This document shows positions 48,991-60,707 of a DNA stretch of 64,000 bases, in pieces; position 1 is the stretch's first letter; every line of letters starts with the position of its first letter. The translations under genes were made by a program, and so were the position numbers. Source of the DNA: Verrucomicrobiota bacterium (GTDB lineage: Bacteria; Verrucomicrobiota; Verrucomicrobiia; Limisphaerales; Palsa-1400); the NCBI GenBank assembly GCA_049510745.1, contig JBEKYR010000009.1:64001-128000 (forward strand), in the 5' to 3' direction. The notes under the pieces are model-generated. The model worked only from the letters and a program-made list of their open reading frames with translations, searched no databases and had not been told where the DNA came from.

Positions 48991-50811
48991 ATGGCGCGCT
49001 ATTCACGCAATGACCAGGCGGGTATCGAGCTGCCGAAGGCGGAGCTGAGTCGGGAGAATCTCAAGCAGGCGTTGGAGCTGTTCCGGTATCTGCGTCCTTA
49101 CCGGGTCCGGTTCAGCGCCGCCTTGGCATCCTTGTTTGCCTCCAGCCTGTTGAGTCTGTCGTTCCCTTACCTGGCGGGGAGCATCATCGACGCTGCCCTG
49201 CATCACGCCCAAGGCGGCGCCAGCATGGCCGGCGCGGATCGAACGGCGCTCCTGCTGATGGGCATCCTGGCGCTGCAAGCCGGCTTCTCCTTCTTCCAGT
49301 CCCTCTCGTTTGCCACCGCCGGCCAACGCAGCCTGGTCGATTTGCGCCGCGATACCTACGCGAGATTGATTTCGCTGCCCATGACGTTTTTCGCCCAACG
49401 CCGCGTGGGCGAGCTGGCCAGCCGTCTTTCCAGCGACCTGATTCAGATTGAAGACACCTTGATCGCCATCCTGCCCCAGTTTCTTCGCCAAACCACCATC
49501 CTGATCGGCGGCATCGCCCTGATCGCCGTCACTTCGCTGCAATTGACAGGCATCATGCTCGCCAGCCTTCCGGTAATAATCGTGGCGGCTGTGGTTTTCG
49601 GCCGCAAGACGCGCAAGATTTCCCGCGAAGCGCAGGATCGCCTGGCCGATACGGCCACGATCGTCGAGGAAACCCTGCAAGGCATCTTGAATGTGAAGGC
49701 CTTTTCCAACGAAGGTTACGAACTCAATCGCTACCACGATGGACTGGGATCATTTCTGGCCACCACCTTGCGCGGCGCCCGGCTGCGCGCGGCGTTCGTC
49801 GCCTTCATCGTCTTCGCCTTGTTCGGTTTCATCGTGCTGGTGCTCTGGTCGGGGGCGCGGCTTCTGCAACAGGGTGAAATCTCCTTCGGCCAACTCACCC
49901 GTTTCGGTCTCTACACGGCCTTTGTGGCTGGAGCGATGGGCCAATTTGCCGAGTTATACAGCCAGATCCAAAAGGCCATCGGAGCCACCCAGCGAGTTCG
50001 GGAACTCCTCCGGGAAACGGGTGAAGTGGAGGTTCACTTGGGTCCCGCGCCGCCCTCCACCTTGCCGCGGCTGCGAGGCGATATCGTGTTTGAGAACGTC
50101 CATTTCAGCTACCCTTCGCGACAAGGGGTCGAAGTTCTTCACGCGATCAACCTCGCCGCAAGTTCCGGACAAAGGATCGCGCTCGTCGGCCCGAGCGGCG
50201 CCGGCAAATCCACCCTCATCTCGCTGTTGCTTCGTCTCTATGACCCGTCGAGCGGGCGCGTATTGATCGACGGTCGGGACGCGCGCGACTACCGGCTCGC
50301 CGAACTGCGCGGCCAAATGTCCATGGTGCCGCAGGAGGTGTTGCTCTTCGGCGGAAGCATCGCGGAAAACATCGCCTACGGAAAGCCGGGCGCCAGCGCG
50401 GAAGAAATCGAACAAGCCGCCCGGCAGGCCAACGCGCACGAGTTCATCCAGGCCTTTCCCGAACGTTACGCCACGCTGGTGGGCGACCGCGGCATCAAAC
50501 TCTCAGGCGGCCAGCGTCAACGCGTCGCCATTGCGCGCGCCATCCTGAAGAATCCAGCCGTCCTCATTCTGGATGAAGCCACCAGTTCCCTGGATTCGGA
50601 GAGCGAACGGCTGATTCAGGAAGCGCTGGAAACTCTGATGCGCGGGCGCACTTCGTTTATCATCGCTCACCGGCTCGCCACCGTGCGGCATGTGGATCGA
50701 ATCATCGTCATCGACGGCGGACGTGTCGTGGAATCCGGCACACACGAGGAACTGCAAGCCGTTGCGGACGGCACTTACCGACGCCTCGCCGCCCTGCAAT
50801 TCCGCCAGTGA
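48991..50811 (+). CDS. ABC exporter, fused permease/ATPase (MsbA-like)
   Basis: six TM; GPSGAGKST, LSGGQRQR, ILDEATS. Confidence 0.93.
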   Translation: MARYSRNDQAGIELPKAELSRENLKQALELFRYLRPYRVRFSAALASLFASSLLSLSFPYLAGSIIDAALHHAQGGASMAGADRTALLLMGILALQAGFSFFQSLSFATAGQRSLVDLRRDTYARLISLPMTFFAQRRVGELASRLSSDLIQIEDTLIAILPQFLRQTTILIGGIALIAVTSLQLTGIMLASLPVIIVAAVVFGRKTRKISREAQDRLADTATIVEETLQGILNVKAFSNEGYELNRYHDGLGSFLATTLRGARLRAAFVAFIVFALFGFIVLVLWSGARLLQQGEISFGQLTRFGLYTAFVAGAMGQFAELYSQIQKAIGATQRVRELLRETGEVEVHLGPAPPSTLPRLRGDIVFENVHFSYPSRQGVEVLHAINLAASSGQRIALVGPSGAGKSTLISLLLRLYDPSSGRVLIDGRDARDYRLAELRGQMSMVPQEVLLFGGSIAENIAYGKPGASAEEIEQAARQANAHEFIQAFPERYATLVGDRGIKLSGGQRQRVAIARAILKNPAVLILDEATSSLDSESERLIQEALETLMRGRTSFIIAHRLATVRHVDRIIVIDGGRVVESGTHEELQAVADGTYRRLAALQFRQ

Positions 50812-50879
50812 GGTTGAAAAGATGCCGGATTTGACTTCCGTTTTCCGGGGCTTTGCCGTAAAAACGGGATTGAGCAGTT

Positions 50880-52118
50880 ATGGCGGGCAACCCAAACATA
50901 CCCGGCGGAACTCCGCCGGAACAACGCCCGGCGCGCGCTGGTGAAGCGAAGGCCGCCGCCACTATCGCCGAACCTCCCCTCCCCTCCAGCAAACCGCTGC
51001 AAATCTTTTTGCTCGTCGCTTTTGTCATCACCGGCGCGGCCTATGTGGTGGATCAATGGAATGAGTACCGAATCAGCCAGATGCAGGCCAGGCACCCGAG
51101 CAAACTCAGGCGCCTGGTGCAAGGTCAAAACGCCTTTCTGGCACACGTTCAAACCGGCGACAACGCCTTTGCCAAAAAACAGCTCGACCAGGCGGTCTCC
51201 GAATATCGCCTCGCCTTGCAGGGTCAGAACCAGGCCGAGGGCCACCAGAAACTCGGCCAAGCCTTGCTCCAACAGGGCAACCCCGAGGCGGCTTTCGCGC
51301 AGTTCAAGGAAGCCCTCCGCCTTAATCCGCGCCTGACCGAGGTCTATTGCGTCTGGGGGCAGGCGCTGATCCCCCAGGGAAAGACCGACGAAGCCGTGCG
51401 CCTTTACCTGGACGCCCTCCAGCACAATCCCGATTCCGGCGTGCTCCATTACAATCTCGCCGTCGCCTTGCAGGACAAGCAACGGAACGTCGAGGCCGCC
51501 CGTCGCGTGGCCGTCGCGTCGGGCAGAAGCGAGGAAGCCAATGCGGACGCCGGCGAGGCCCGCCGCCTGGCAACGGAAGCCCTGCAACATTATTCCAAGG
51601 CCAGCCGCATGGGGATGAATTCGCCGGCCTTTTGGTGCGGCTTCGGGGAGCTGCTCAATCAACAAGGCAAATTTGCCGACGCGGAGACCTCTCTCACCCG
51701 CGCCGTCGCGGCGGACTCCTCCCTGGCCCGCGCGCATACCGAACTGGCCCTGGCCCAACGGCGCCAGGGCAAATTTGCCGACGCCATCGCCCATTACGAA
51801 AAAGCGCTCACGCTGACCCCTGACGACCCCGCCATCCTCGATAACCTGGCGCTGATCTACGCCACCGCAACCAACTCCGAAGTCTTCAGCCCAAAAATGG
51901 CCGTGCAACTGGCGACCCGCGCCTGCGACGCCACCACCAGCCAAAACGCCCGCTTCATGGACACTTTGGCCCGCAGTTACGCGGCCGACGGCGATTTCTT
52001 GCAGGCCATTTCATGGGAAGACAAGGCCCTCCACCGCGCCTGGCAGTTGGGCGATCATGACTTGGAACGCGAGTTGCAGACCCGCTACAACCTCTTCCTC
52101 ATGCACAAGACGGAATAG
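50880..52118 (+). CDS. membrane-anchored TPR protein
   Basis: one TM, multiple TPRs, AVQLATRAC...DTLARSYAADG tail. Confidence 0.88.
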   Translation: MAGNPNIPGGTPPEQRPARAGEAKAAATIAEPPLPSSKPLQIFLLVAFVITGAAYVVDQWNEYRISQMQARHPSKLRRLVQGQNAFLAHVQTGDNAFAKKQLDQAVSEYRLALQGQNQAEGHQKLGQALLQQGNPEAAFAQFKEALRLNPRLTEVYCVWGQALIPQGKTDEAVRLYLDALQHNPDSGVLHYNLAVALQDKQRNVEAARRVAVASGRSEEANADAGEARRLATEALQHYSKASRMGMNSPAFWCGFGELLNQQGKFADAETSLTRAVAADSSLARAHTELALAQRRQGKFADAIAHYEKALTLTPDDPAILDNLALIYATATNSEVFSPKMAVQLATRACDATTSQNARFMDTLARSYAADGDFLQAISWEDKALHRAWQLGDHDLERELQTRYNLFLMHKTE

Positions 52119-52149
52119 CCGCGGCCCCGCCGGAAATCACCCCGCAACC

Positions 52150-52386
52150 TCACAGCCGGCTATGGCTGCCATCGCAGAAGGGTTTGTTATTGGAATGCTT
52201 GCAGCCGCACCAGGCAACGGTCTTGGCCGTGGCGATTTCCGCTTTGATGGGAGAGAATCCGGTGCCTTTATGTGATCCGTCGCAAAAGGGCTGCGACGCC
52301 GACTTTCCGCAGGCGCACCACCAATACGTGCCCGGTTCGGTCTTTTGCACAATGGGAGTTTTCTGGTAAATGACTGGATCGCTCAT
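52150..52386 (-). CDS. CDGSH iron-sulfur domain protein
   Basis: two CDGSH motifs. Confidence 0.93.
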   Translation of the reverse strand: MSDPVIYQKTPIVQKTEPGTYWWCACGKSASQPFCDGSHKGTGFSPIKAEIATAKTVAWCGCKHSNNKPFCDGSHSRL

Positions 52387-52440
52387 GTCATCTCTTATAG
52401 CCGCAGCCGGCGGAGGCGGCAAACGAAAACTCGCCGCCGG

Positions 52441-53670
52441 TCATTTCCGGCGGGTCCCATGCACTTGCGCCGCCACCCTTAACCGCAGGCCGTTCAGGCG
52501 AATGAAGCCGGTGGCGTCGTCTTGGTTATAGGCCCGGGTCGGGTCGGCCTCCATCGTGGCGATGTGCGGGTTGTAGAGGCTGACGGGCGATTTGCGGCCG
52601 GCGTTGATGATGTTGCCTTTGTAGAGCTTGATCCGCACGGTGCCGGTGACGTTCTTCTGGCTCTCCTGCACCAGCGCCTGCAAGGCGTAACGCTCCGGTG
52701 AAAACCAATAGCCGTAATAGACCAATTCCCCATACTTGGGAATGAGCGAGTCGCGCAAGTGCATCACCTCGCGGTCCATCGTGATGCTTTCCATCTGGCG
52801 GTGCGCGAAGTGCAAAATGGCGCCGCCCGGCGTCTCGTAAACGCCGCGCGACTTCATCCCCACGTAACGGTTCTCCACCAGGTCCACCCGGCCCACTCCG
52901 TGTTTGCCCCCCAGTTTGTTCAACGTTTTCATCACGCCCAACGGCGTCAGTTTCCTGCCGTTGACCGCCACGGCATTGCCTTGCTCGAAATCCAGCGTGA
53001 CATATTCCGGCCGGCCGGGGGCGTCTTCGGGCGAAACGCTCAGTTTGTACATGCCCTTGTGTTCCGGGGCCGAGGCATCCAGCCACGGGTCCTCCAAAAT
53101 GCCCGCCTCGAACGAAATGTGGAGAAGGTTGCGGTCCATTGAATACGGCTTTTTGGCCGTGGCCTGAACGGGGATGCCTTTTTCCTCGCAGTAGCGGATC
53201 ATCTCCGCCCGTCCGGGAAATTGCGCGCGAAAGGCCGCGTCCCGCCAGGGGGCGATGACCCGCAATTCCGGCGCCAGCGCCGCCGCCGTCAACTCGAACC
53301 GCACCTGGTCGTTGCCCTTGCCCGTCGCGCCGTGGGCGATGGCGTCGGCCTTTTCCCGGCGCGCGATTTCGATCATGCGCTTGGCGATGAGGGGGCGGGC
53401 GATGCTGGTGCCCAGAAAATACTGGTTCTCATAAACGGCCCCCGCCTGCATCATGGGAAAAATGAAATCGCGCGCGAACTCCTCCTGGAGATCGTCGATA
53501 TAAACTTTTGCCGCCCCGGTTTTGAGCGCCTTTTTTTCCAGGCCCTTGAGTTCCTCCTCCTGGCCGATGTCGGCGCAGAAGGCGATCATTTGGGCGTCGT
53601 ATTTTTCCTTGATCCAGGAAAGGAGGACCGACGTGTCCAATCCCCCCGAGTAAGCGAGCACAATTTTCAT
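52441..53670 (-). CDS. argG: argininosuccinate synthase
   Basis: [34 protein letters not shown]. Confidence 0.97.
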   Translation of the reverse strand: MKIVLAYSGGLDTSVLLSWIKEKYDAQMIAFCADIGQEEELKGLEKKALKTGAAKVYIDDLQEEFARDFIFPMMQAGAVYENQYFLGTSIARPLIAKRMIEIARREKADAIAHGATGKGNDQVRFELTAAALAPELRVIAPWRDAAFRAQFPGRAEMIRYCEEKGIPVQATAKKPYSMDRNLLHISFEAGILEDPWLDASAPEHKGMYKLSVSPEDAPGRPEYVTLDFEQGNAVAVNGRKLTPLGVMKTLNKLGGKHGVGRVDLVENRYVGMKSRGVYETPGGAILHFAHRQMESITMDREVMHLRDSLIPKYGELVYYGYWFSPERYALQALVQESQKNVTGTVRIKLYKGNIINAGRKSPVSLYNPHIATMEADPTRAYNQDDATGFIRLNGLRLRVAAQVHGTRRK

Positions 53671-53734
53671 CAAGCGCCATTAAACCGCTCTTGGGGGCGG
53701 GAATAAAGTCGAAAGTTTTTTGGTCCCGGGGGTG

Positions 53735-54475
53735 TCAGCGCCCTTCGACCTGCAGGAGTTTGGTGCGCTTTTTCAGGAATCGCAAGGTGGCGAAAACAAC
53801 GAAACTTCCCAGGAACACGGCAAACCAGGCGGGGTCAAGCTTCAAACGTTTCTCCGCCACGGAATCGCCCAGCAAATCCAGGAGAAAAAAGACGGCCACA
53901 ATCAGGAAGAAGGCGTTGTATTCCCGTTCCAGGACTGTGCGCCAACAAAACGGGAGCGGGGACGGTTTCCATCCCGTGAACCTGGGAATGAAGGCGGGAG
54001 TGGCCGCGGCCCATTGCTCGAAACGCGGTCCGAACTGCTCGCGCAAGAAAGCCTCCTCCGCCATCATGATGCGCTCGTAATAGAGGGCGTACACGCAGCT
54101 CACCAGGAGCACCAGCCACCAGACGTGGAAGAACAGGGTGAAGCCAAGCATGATGAGGTAATTGCCCAGGTAAAGAGGATGGCGGACGATGGAATACATG
54201 CCGGTGGTGGACAGGCTGTAAGCGACCTGCTGGCGCGTATTGCGCCCGGAGGTGCCGGCCGGCGCCCGGCCCACGGTGATGATGCGCACGGCCAGGCCGG
54301 CCAACGACACCAGCAGGCAGACGATCTGCCACCATTCATTGATCTGGTGGCTTCCGCAGAGGTAGTGGTAAGTGATCAGGCTGGCGGCGAAAAGAGGCAG
54401 GCAGAGGAGAGGAAGAAAACTGCGGTGGCGAAAGAGCCACGAACCGGACTTTTCAAGCTCGTTGCGTAATGACAT
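53735..54475 (-). CDS. ICMT-family membrane methyltransferase (LmtA-like)
   Basis: GTSGRNT, GMYSIVRHPLYLGN, EEAFL, TPAFIP. Confidence 0.85.
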   Translation of the reverse strand: MSLRNELEKSGSWLFRHRSFLPLLCLPLFAASLITYHYLCGSHQINEWWQIVCLLVSLAGLAVRIITVGRAPAGTSGRNTRQQVAYSLSTTGMYSIVRHPLYLGNYLIMLGFTLFFHVWWLVLLVSCVYALYYERIMMAEEAFLREQFGPRFEQWAAATPAFIPRFTGWKPSPLPFCWRTVLEREYNAFFLIVAVFFLLDLLGDSVAEKRLKLDPAWFAVFLGSFVVFATLRFLKKRTKLLQVEGR

Positions 54476-54546
54476 GAATTTGACTCACTCTGCCCGACGT
54501 TGGAGCCTGGGCGCGGCGGAGTCGAGGAAAAAGGCGCGGCGCCGGG

Positions 54547-55557
54547 TCATGCGGCGACGGGGGTTTTCAGGTCGGCAAAGACGATGATGCCGGCGCCGGT
54601 TTGGAGGACGCTGAGGACTTTGACGCTGACTTGCTGGCCAATCATAGTTTGGGCGTTGTTGATGACCACCATCGTGCCGTCGTTGAGATAGGCAACGCCC
54701 TGGCCCCGGTCCTTGCCTTCGCGCACCACGCGCAAAGTGAACACTTCGCCGGGCAGGATGACCGGCTTCAAGGCGTTGGCCAGTTCGTTGAGGTTGACGC
54801 ACGGGACGGATTGCAGCTCGGCCACTTTGGCCAGGTTGTAGTCGTTGGTGTAGAGCTTGGCCCCCAGGGCGCGGGCCAGGCGGACCAGTTTGGCATCCAC
54901 TTCCGGTTCCTCCGGAAAATCGGCTTCGTGGATTTTCACTTCGTTGCGTTTGTTGTGCCGCAGGCGGGTGAGCATCTCCAGGCCGCGACGTCCGCGGGCG
55001 CGGATCACGGGGTCGTTGGAATCGGCGATCTTCTGCAATTCGTGCAGGACGAATTGCGGGACGACCAGCGTGCCCTCGATGAAATTGGCTTCGAGCAGGT
55101 CGGCGATGCGTCCGTCAATAATAACGCTGGTATCGAGCAGAAGGAGGTTTTCCGGCTTGGACTGGGAGGCAAAGCGGACGTAGGGGATGACGAGGGAGAA
55201 ATCCTCCTTGTTGCTGCGCATGGCCAGCACCATGCCCAGGTAGCCGAAACTCAGGAACAAGGCCAGCCGGATGACCCGGCGCTGGGGTTCGTCGCTGTCG
55301 GCAAAGAGGCCGGAGCGGTCAATCAGGCTGGCGACCACGGTGCCCAGGAAGAGGCCGAAAGTGACGGCGGAAAAGGCCCGCAGGGAAAAGCCCTTGAGCA
55401 TCTCATCCAGGGCGACACACAAGGCGCCCATGCCAAAGCCGATGACGCAGCCGCGAAAGCCGCTGGTGATCCAGTCCGGCTGCACCTGGCTGACCTCGTA
55501 GCCGGCGACGACGCACAGCGTCAAGAACAGAACTCGGATGGACCAGAGGGATCGCAT
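54547..55557 (-). CDS. PIN/TRAM domain membrane protein (YacL-like)
   Basis: four TM; LDTSVIIDGRI, TNDYNL, GVAYLNDGTMVV. Confidence 0.92.
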   Translation of the reverse strand: MRSLWSIRVLFLTLCVVAGYEVSQVQPDWITSGFRGCVIGFGMGALCVALDEMLKGFSLRAFSAVTFGLFLGTVVASLIDRSGLFADSDEPQRRVIRLALFLSFGYLGMVLAMRSNKEDFSLVIPYVRFASQSKPENLLLLDTSVIIDGRIADLLEANFIEGTLVVPQFVLHELQKIADSNDPVIRARGRRGLEMLTRLRHNKRNEVKIHEADFPEEPEVDAKLVRLARALGAKLYTNDYNLAKVAELQSVPCVNLNELANALKPVILPGEVFTLRVVREGKDRGQGVAYLNDGTMVVINNAQTMIGQQVSVKVLSVLQTGAGIIVFADLKTPVAA

Positions 55558-55582
55558 GGGGAAGGGTTGGAGGCCGGCGGTT

Positions 55583-56575
55583 TCAGCGGGCCGGCGCCGG
55601 GCTCCTTTCGGTCGGTTTTGGCGTCCATAACATCCGCCAGAGGCCGCGCTGGTTGAGATTGCTGCCAAAGGCGCTGAAGGCCGTGGCCGTGGCGCTGGCG
55701 TTGCTCAGAAGCGAGGTCAATTGGGCTTTCATCTCTTGATCTTTTAACAGGCCGCCGGCCAGTCCCTGGCCGGCTTGCAAACCGGAAGCAAGCTGCTTGA
55801 AGGAAGCCGAGGTGTCACGCAGATTCTTCACCGCGTCGGACACGTCGCCGCGGTTGGTCAGGATGACCTGGTCCAGTTCGTCGGCCATGAGGTTGAGCTT
55901 TTCGGAAAGGACGCGGAGATTGGTGACGGCTTGGGCGACGGGGGGGGAGTTGGAATGGATCAAATCCTCCACCTCTTGCGCGACCTTGACGGCAATTTCC
56001 GTAACGGATTGGAAATTGCTCAAGGAGAGGGCGAAATTGGTCAGGGTCTGGTCGGAGAGGAGGGTGCGGTTGACGTTGGTAATGGCGAGATCGACGTCTT
56101 TCATCGTTTGCCTGGCTTGATCCAGGAGGCCGGCGGTCGAGCGCACCGCTTCCTGCATGTTGAAGGGCGCCTCGCCCATGACGATGTCGCCCTCCCGCAG
56201 AATGTCGGCGGCGGGCGCGGCCGTTGGCGGCGGGGGGGACACTTCGATGTATTGGTCGCCCAGGAAGCCAAGGGCGTCGATGTGGAAGACGGCGTTTTTG
56301 CGGATTTTGTATTTGGAGAGGAGGCGCACGGTGACCTGAACGGACTTGCCTTCGGGACCCAATTCCACGGCGGAGACCTTGCCGATGGGCACGCCGGCCA
56401 TCATGACATCGGCGGCCGGCTTGAGGCCGGCGGTGGTCGGCATGGTGACGCGCAGGTGGTAAGTGGAACTGAACAGGGTGATGCCGCGGCTGAAGTTGAG
56501 GATGAGCAAGGCAACCAGAGCCAGGCCAACGGCGACGAACACGCCAACTTTGTATTCAATATGTGAATCGTTCAT
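55583..56575 (-). CDS. mlaD: MCE/MlaD family protein
   Basis: KVGVFV TM, GVPIGKV, GFLGDQYIE, helical tail. Confidence 0.85.
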   Translation of the reverse strand: MNDSHIEYKVGVFVAVGLALVALLILNFSRGITLFSSTYHLRVTMPTTAGLKPAADVMMAGVPIGKVSAVELGPEGKSVQVTVRLLSKYKIRKNAVFHIDALGFLGDQYIEVSPPPPTAAPAADILREGDIVMGEAPFNMQEAVRSTAGLLDQARQTMKDVDLAITNVNRTLLSDQTLTNFALSLSNFQSVTEIAVKVAQEVEDLIHSNSPPVAQAVTNLRVLSEKLNLMADELDQVILTNRGDVSDAVKNLRDTSASFKQLASGLQAGQGLAGGLLKDQEMKAQLTSLLSNASATATAFSAFGSNLNQRGLWRMLWTPKPTERSPAPAR

Positions 56576-57324
56576 AGGACAAAAGGTTCCCGCGGGTCGT
56601 AAATCCCGTTGACAAACCGGTAAATCACCGGGTCGGTCGATTTGAAAAGATCGTCGGGCGATTGATCGGCATAAATGCGGCCCTGATGCAGCAGCAGGAT
56701 GCGGCGGCCGATGCGCCGGGCGCTGCGCATGTCGTGGGTGACGGCGATGGAGGTGACTTTGAATGTCTCCACCACGCGCATGATCAATTGGTCGATGGCG
56801 TCGGCGGCGATCGGGTCCAAGCCGGTGGTCGGCTCGTCATAGAGGAGAATCTCCGGGCGGTAAATGATGGCGCGGGCCAGGCCGACCCGTTTGCGCATGC
56901 CGCCGGAGAGTTCGCCCGGCCATTTTTTTTCGGTGCCGGCCAGCCCGACCAAATCGAGGACCTCGGCCACGCGCCCGGAGATTTCCGAGGGGGAATGGTT
57001 CCGTTCGCGGTTGAGAATGAAGGCGATGTTCTGCTCGACGGTCAAGGAGTCGAAGAGGGCGGCGCCCTGGAAAAGCATGCCGAACTTGCGGCGGACCTGG
57101 AGCAACTGCCGCTCGTCCAGGCCGGCGATGCTGCGGCCCTCGATGGACACGTCCCCCGCGTCGGGCCTGAGCAGGCCGATGAGGTGCTTGAGCAGGATGC
57201 TTTTGCCGCCGCCGCTGGCGCCGATGATGGCCAGGGCCTCGCCTTTGCGGACGGAGAAGCTCACGCCCTGAAGCACGCGCAACGGGCCAAAGCTCTTTTT
57301 CAAATCGCGCACCTCGATCATCAT
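56572..57324 (-). CDS. mlaF: MlaF-type ABC ATPase
   Basis: FQGAALFDSL, LSGGMRKRVGLARA, YDEPTTGLDP. Confidence 0.9.
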   Translation of the reverse strand: MMIEVRDLKKSFGPLRVLQGVSFSVRKGEALAIIGASGGGKSILLKHLIGLLRPDAGDVSIEGRSIAGLDERQLLQVRRKFGMLFQGAALFDSLTVEQNIAFILNRERNHSPSEISGRVAEVLDLVGLAGTEKKWPGELSGGMRKRVGLARAIIYRPEILLYDEPTTGLDPIAADAIDQLIMRVVETFKVTSIAVTHDMRSARRIGRRILLLHQGRIYADQSPDDLFKSTDPVIYRFVNGIYDPREPFVL

Positions 57325-58097
57325 GCGGCCAGCAAATGGTTGAGCAGCATTGTCAAAAAGAAATTAGTGACGAGAATGGAGATCGACGAATAGACCACCG
57401 CCTCCGTCGTGGCGCGGCCCACCCCTTCGGCGCCCTGGGAGCAGTTCAACCCCTTGGAGCAGGCGACGACGGCGATGATGGCGCCGAAAACGAACGTTTT
57501 GATCATGCCGGTCATTATGTCCGCCATGTCCGTGTGGTGGAGCATGTTGTACCAGAGGCCGGCGGAATTGATGCCGAAGAGGAACACGCCGACGATGTAG
57601 GCGGCCAGGATGCCCACGCAAACCGAACCGGCCGAGAGCAAGGGCATGACACCCATCATGGCCAGGAAACGCGGCACGACGAGATAATCGACCGGGTGCG
57701 CGGCCAGGGTGCGGAGGGCGTCAATTTGCTCGGTCACGCGCATCGTGCCCAGTTCCGCGGCGATGGCCGCGCCGACGCGCCCGGCGACCATCAGGCCGGT
57801 CAGCACGGGGCCCAGCTCGCTGCCCATGCCGACGCTGACGACGGCGAGGCTGGCGGTGTCCATCTTGACCTTGTGGAACTGGATATAGGCCTGGAGGCAG
57901 AGGACCATGCCGGTAAAGGCGCCGGTGATGGCGACGACGGACTGGGATTTGACGCCGATGAAATACATTTCGTCCAGAACGTCGTGCCAGACGGGCTTGA
58001 CCTTGCAGAGGGAGGAGAAGATGTCGCGGCAAAGAATCGCGCCGCGCCCGAGGCCGCAGACCCATTCGCGGACAAATTGTCTGGCCAAACTTGTCAT
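57321..58097 (-). CDS. mlaE: MlaE-type ABC permease
   Basis: ELGPVLTG, AELGTMRVTEQIDAL, GAEGVGRATT. Confidence 0.92.
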   Translation of the reverse strand: MTSLARQFVREWVCGLGRGAILCRDIFSSLCKVKPVWHDVLDEMYFIGVKSQSVVAITGAFTGMVLCLQAYIQFHKVKMDTASLAVVSVGMGSELGPVLTGLMVAGRVGAAIAAELGTMRVTEQIDALRTLAAHPVDYLVVPRFLAMMGVMPLLSAGSVCVGILAAYIVGVFLFGINSAGLWYNMLHHTDMADIMTGMIKTFVFGAIIAVVACSKGLNCSQGAEGVGRATTEAVVYSSISILVTNFFLTMLLNHLLAA

Positions 58098-58181
58098 AAC
58101 ACGGGGACCACAGTAAGCCCTGCCCGGTGAATTTACCAGCGTCGGATTGAGCCGCCGGCGGGAGGGCGCCGGCCAGAGATT

Positions 58182-60689
58182 CTAACTGGAGAGAGCCTTG
58201 GGGGCGGCGGAGACGTTTTGTTTGAACACCAGTTTGCCCTCCTCGACCGTGACCGACACCGGCTCGTTGGGGTGAAGATTGCCTTTGAGAATCTCCTCGG
58301 CCAACGGGTCTTCCAAAAAGCGCTCGACCGACCGGCGCATGGGGCGGGCGCCGTAAGTGGGGTCGTACCCTTTGTCAACCAGAAAATCCTTGGCCGTCTG
58401 GTCCAGCAGCAACTCCAGTTGCCTGGCTTTGAGACGCCCGATCACCTTCGAGATTTCCAGGTCCAGAATCTCCAGCAAATCGGCCTTGGTCAGCGACCGG
58501 AAGACGATGGCGTCGTCCAGCCGGTTGAGGAATTCCGGGCGAAACACCTTCTTGGCTTCGTCCATGATTTTCTCCTTCATCTTGTCGTAGCTGTGCTCGT
58601 CGCTGATGGGGGAGAAACCGAGGGTCGATTGCTTGCGGATGATGTCGGCCCCGACGTTGGAAGTCAGCAGGATGATGGTATTGCGGAAGTTGATGACGCG
58701 GCCGACGTTGTCCGTCAGTTTGCCTTCCTCCAAAATCTGCAAGAGCATGTTCATGACGTCGGGATGGGCCTTTTCAATCTCGTCGAACAGCACGACCGAG
58801 TAAGGGCGGCGGCGGACTTGCTCGGTCAATTGGCCGCCCTCTTCGTAGCCGACGTATCCGGGCGGGGAGCCGACCATGCGGGAGGCGTTGTGGCGCTCCA
58901 TGTATTCGCTCATGTCCAACTGGATCAGCGCCTTGGAGTCGCCAAAGAGCGTCTCGGCCAGCGATTTGGCCAGCAGCGTCTTGCCCACGCCCGTCGGGCC
59001 GAGCAAGGCGAAGGTGCCGATGGGACGGCGCGGGTCTTTCAAATCGGCGCGGGAGCGGCGCAGGGCCTTGCACAAGGCGCCGACGGCTTCCTTTTGGCCG
59101 ATGATCATGCGGGACATCTCCTCCTCCAGCGCCAGCAGGCGTTGGGCTTCGCCTTCCTCCATGCGCTTGAGCGGGATGCCGGTCCATTTGGCGACGACCT
59201 GCAAAATATCTTCCTCGTCCACCGTGACGCGTTTTTCTTCGCGGCTGGCGCGCCAGGCGGCCAGGACGGCGTCCAACTTTTCCTTGGCTTGCTTTTCCTT
59301 GTCGCGCATGGAGGCGGCGCCTTCGAAGTCCTGGTCTTTGATCGCCCGCTCCTTCTGGCCCTTGATCTTTTCGATCTCGGCCTCCAGCACCTTGACTTCG
59401 GGCGGGCGGGTCATGGTGCCGATGCGGGCGCGCGAGCCGGCTTCATCCATCACGTCAATGGCTTTGTCGGGCAAATAACGGTCGGTGATATAACGGTCGG
59501 ACATGCGCACGGCCGAGACGATGGCCTGGTCGGTGATTTCGGCCTTGTGATGCTCCTCGTATTTGGGGCGGAGGCCCTTGAGGATGAGGACGGCCTCATC
59601 GACGGAGGGGGCCTCGACTTTGACGGTCTGGAAGCGGCGTTCGAGGGCGGCGTCTTTCTCGATGTACTTGCGGTATTCGTTGAGGGTGGTGGCGCCGATG
59701 CACTGCATCTCGCCGCGGCTCAAGGCGGGCTTGATGATATTGGAGGCGTCCATGGTGCCCTCGGCCGAGCCGGCGCCGACAATGGTGTGCAATTCGTCAA
59801 TAAAAAGAATGATGTTTTTCGCCCGGCGGATTTCGTCCATGACGGCTTTGATGCGTTCCTCAAATTGGCCGCGGTACTTGGTGCCGGCGACCATCAAGGC
59901 CAGGTCCAGGGTGATGACGCGCTTGTCGCGCAGCAGTTCGGGAACGTTGCCGCGGGCGATCTCCTGGGCCAATCCTTCGGCAATGGCGGTTTTTCCGACG
60001 CCGGCCTCGCCCAGCAGCACGGGGTTGTTCTTGGTGCGGCGGCAGAGAATCTGGATGACACGCTCGATTTCACTTTGGCGGCCAATGACCGGGTCCATTT
60101 CGCCTTTGCGGGCGATTTCCGTCAGGTCCCGTCCGAAGGCCTTGAGGGCGGGAGTTTTGACTTCGCCCTTTTTCTCCGGGGCCTTTTCCGGGCCGGGATC
60201 GGAGGGAGCGCCGCCCGGGCCTTCTTCAGCGGTGAAATGCGGGTCCAATTCCTTCAAGATTTCCTGGCGCGTCTGTTCGATATCGACATCGAGGTTCTTG
60301 AGGACCCGGGCGGCGACGCCGTCGCCTTCGCGCAACAGGCCCAGAAGGATGTGTTCGGTGCCGACGTAGGTGTGATTGAGGTTCTTGGCCTCTTTGGCGG
60401 CGAGCGCCAGGACTTTCTTGACGCGGGGCGTGTAGGGAAGGCTGCCGATCATTTTTGAATCGGGGCCGGTGCCGACCTGCTTTTCGACTTCGAGACGGAC
60501 GGTGTCGAGGTCCAAGCCGAGTTTTTGCAGGACGTTGACGGCGACGCCCTGGCCCAATTTGATCAGGCCGAGGAGGAGGTGCTCGGTGCCGACGAAATTG
60601 TGATTAAACCGGTCCGCCTCCTTGCGCGCCAGCGCCAGAACCTGCTGGGCGCGGGGCGTAAAGTTGTTCATGGCTGATTCTTCACTCAT
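58182..60689 (-). CDS. clpC: ATP-dependent Clp protease ATPase subunit
   Basis: two Clp-N repeats, two AAA+ modules, UVR M-domain, LGF loop. Confidence 0.96.
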   Translation of the reverse strand: MSEESAMNNFTPRAQQVLALARKEADRFNHNFVGTEHLLLGLIKLGQGVAVNVLQKLGLDLDTVRLEVEKQVGTGPDSKMIGSLPYTPRVKKVLALAAKEAKNLNHTYVGTEHILLGLLREGDGVAARVLKNLDVDIEQTRQEILKELDPHFTAEEGPGGAPSDPGPEKAPEKKGEVKTPALKAFGRDLTEIARKGEMDPVIGRQSEIERVIQILCRRTKNNPVLLGEAGVGKTAIAEGLAQEIARGNVPELLRDKRVITLDLALMVAGTKYRGQFEERIKAVMDEIRRAKNIILFIDELHTIVGAGSAEGTMDASNIIKPALSRGEMQCIGATTLNEYRKYIEKDAALERRFQTVKVEAPSVDEAVLILKGLRPKYEEHHKAEITDQAIVSAVRMSDRYITDRYLPDKAIDVMDEAGSRARIGTMTRPPEVKVLEAEIEKIKGQKERAIKDQDFEGAASMRDKEKQAKEKLDAVLAAWRASREEKRVTVDEEDILQVVAKWTGIPLKRMEEGEAQRLLALEEEMSRMIIGQKEAVGALCKALRRSRADLKDPRRPIGTFALLGPTGVGKTLLAKSLAETLFGDSKALIQLDMSEYMERHNASRMVGSPPGYVGYEEGGQLTEQVRRRPYSVVLFDEIEKAHPDVMNMLLQILEEGKLTDNVGRVINFRNTIILLTSNVGADIIRKQSTLGFSPISDEHSYDKMKEKIMDEAKKVFRPEFLNRLDDAIVFRSLTKADLLEILDLEISKVIGRLKARQLELLLDQTAKDFLVDKGYDPTYGARPMRRSVERFLEDPLAEEILKGNLHPNEPVSVTVEEGKLVFKQNVSAAPKALSS

Positions 60690-60707
60690 GGCTACAGCTT
60701 GCGTCCG

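Noticed and set aside
37312..60458. Long antisense ORFs such as 37312-40062, 40050-42560 and 58218-60458
   Set aside because: Shadow frames of well-supported genes in high-GC DNA, with no recognisable motifs.
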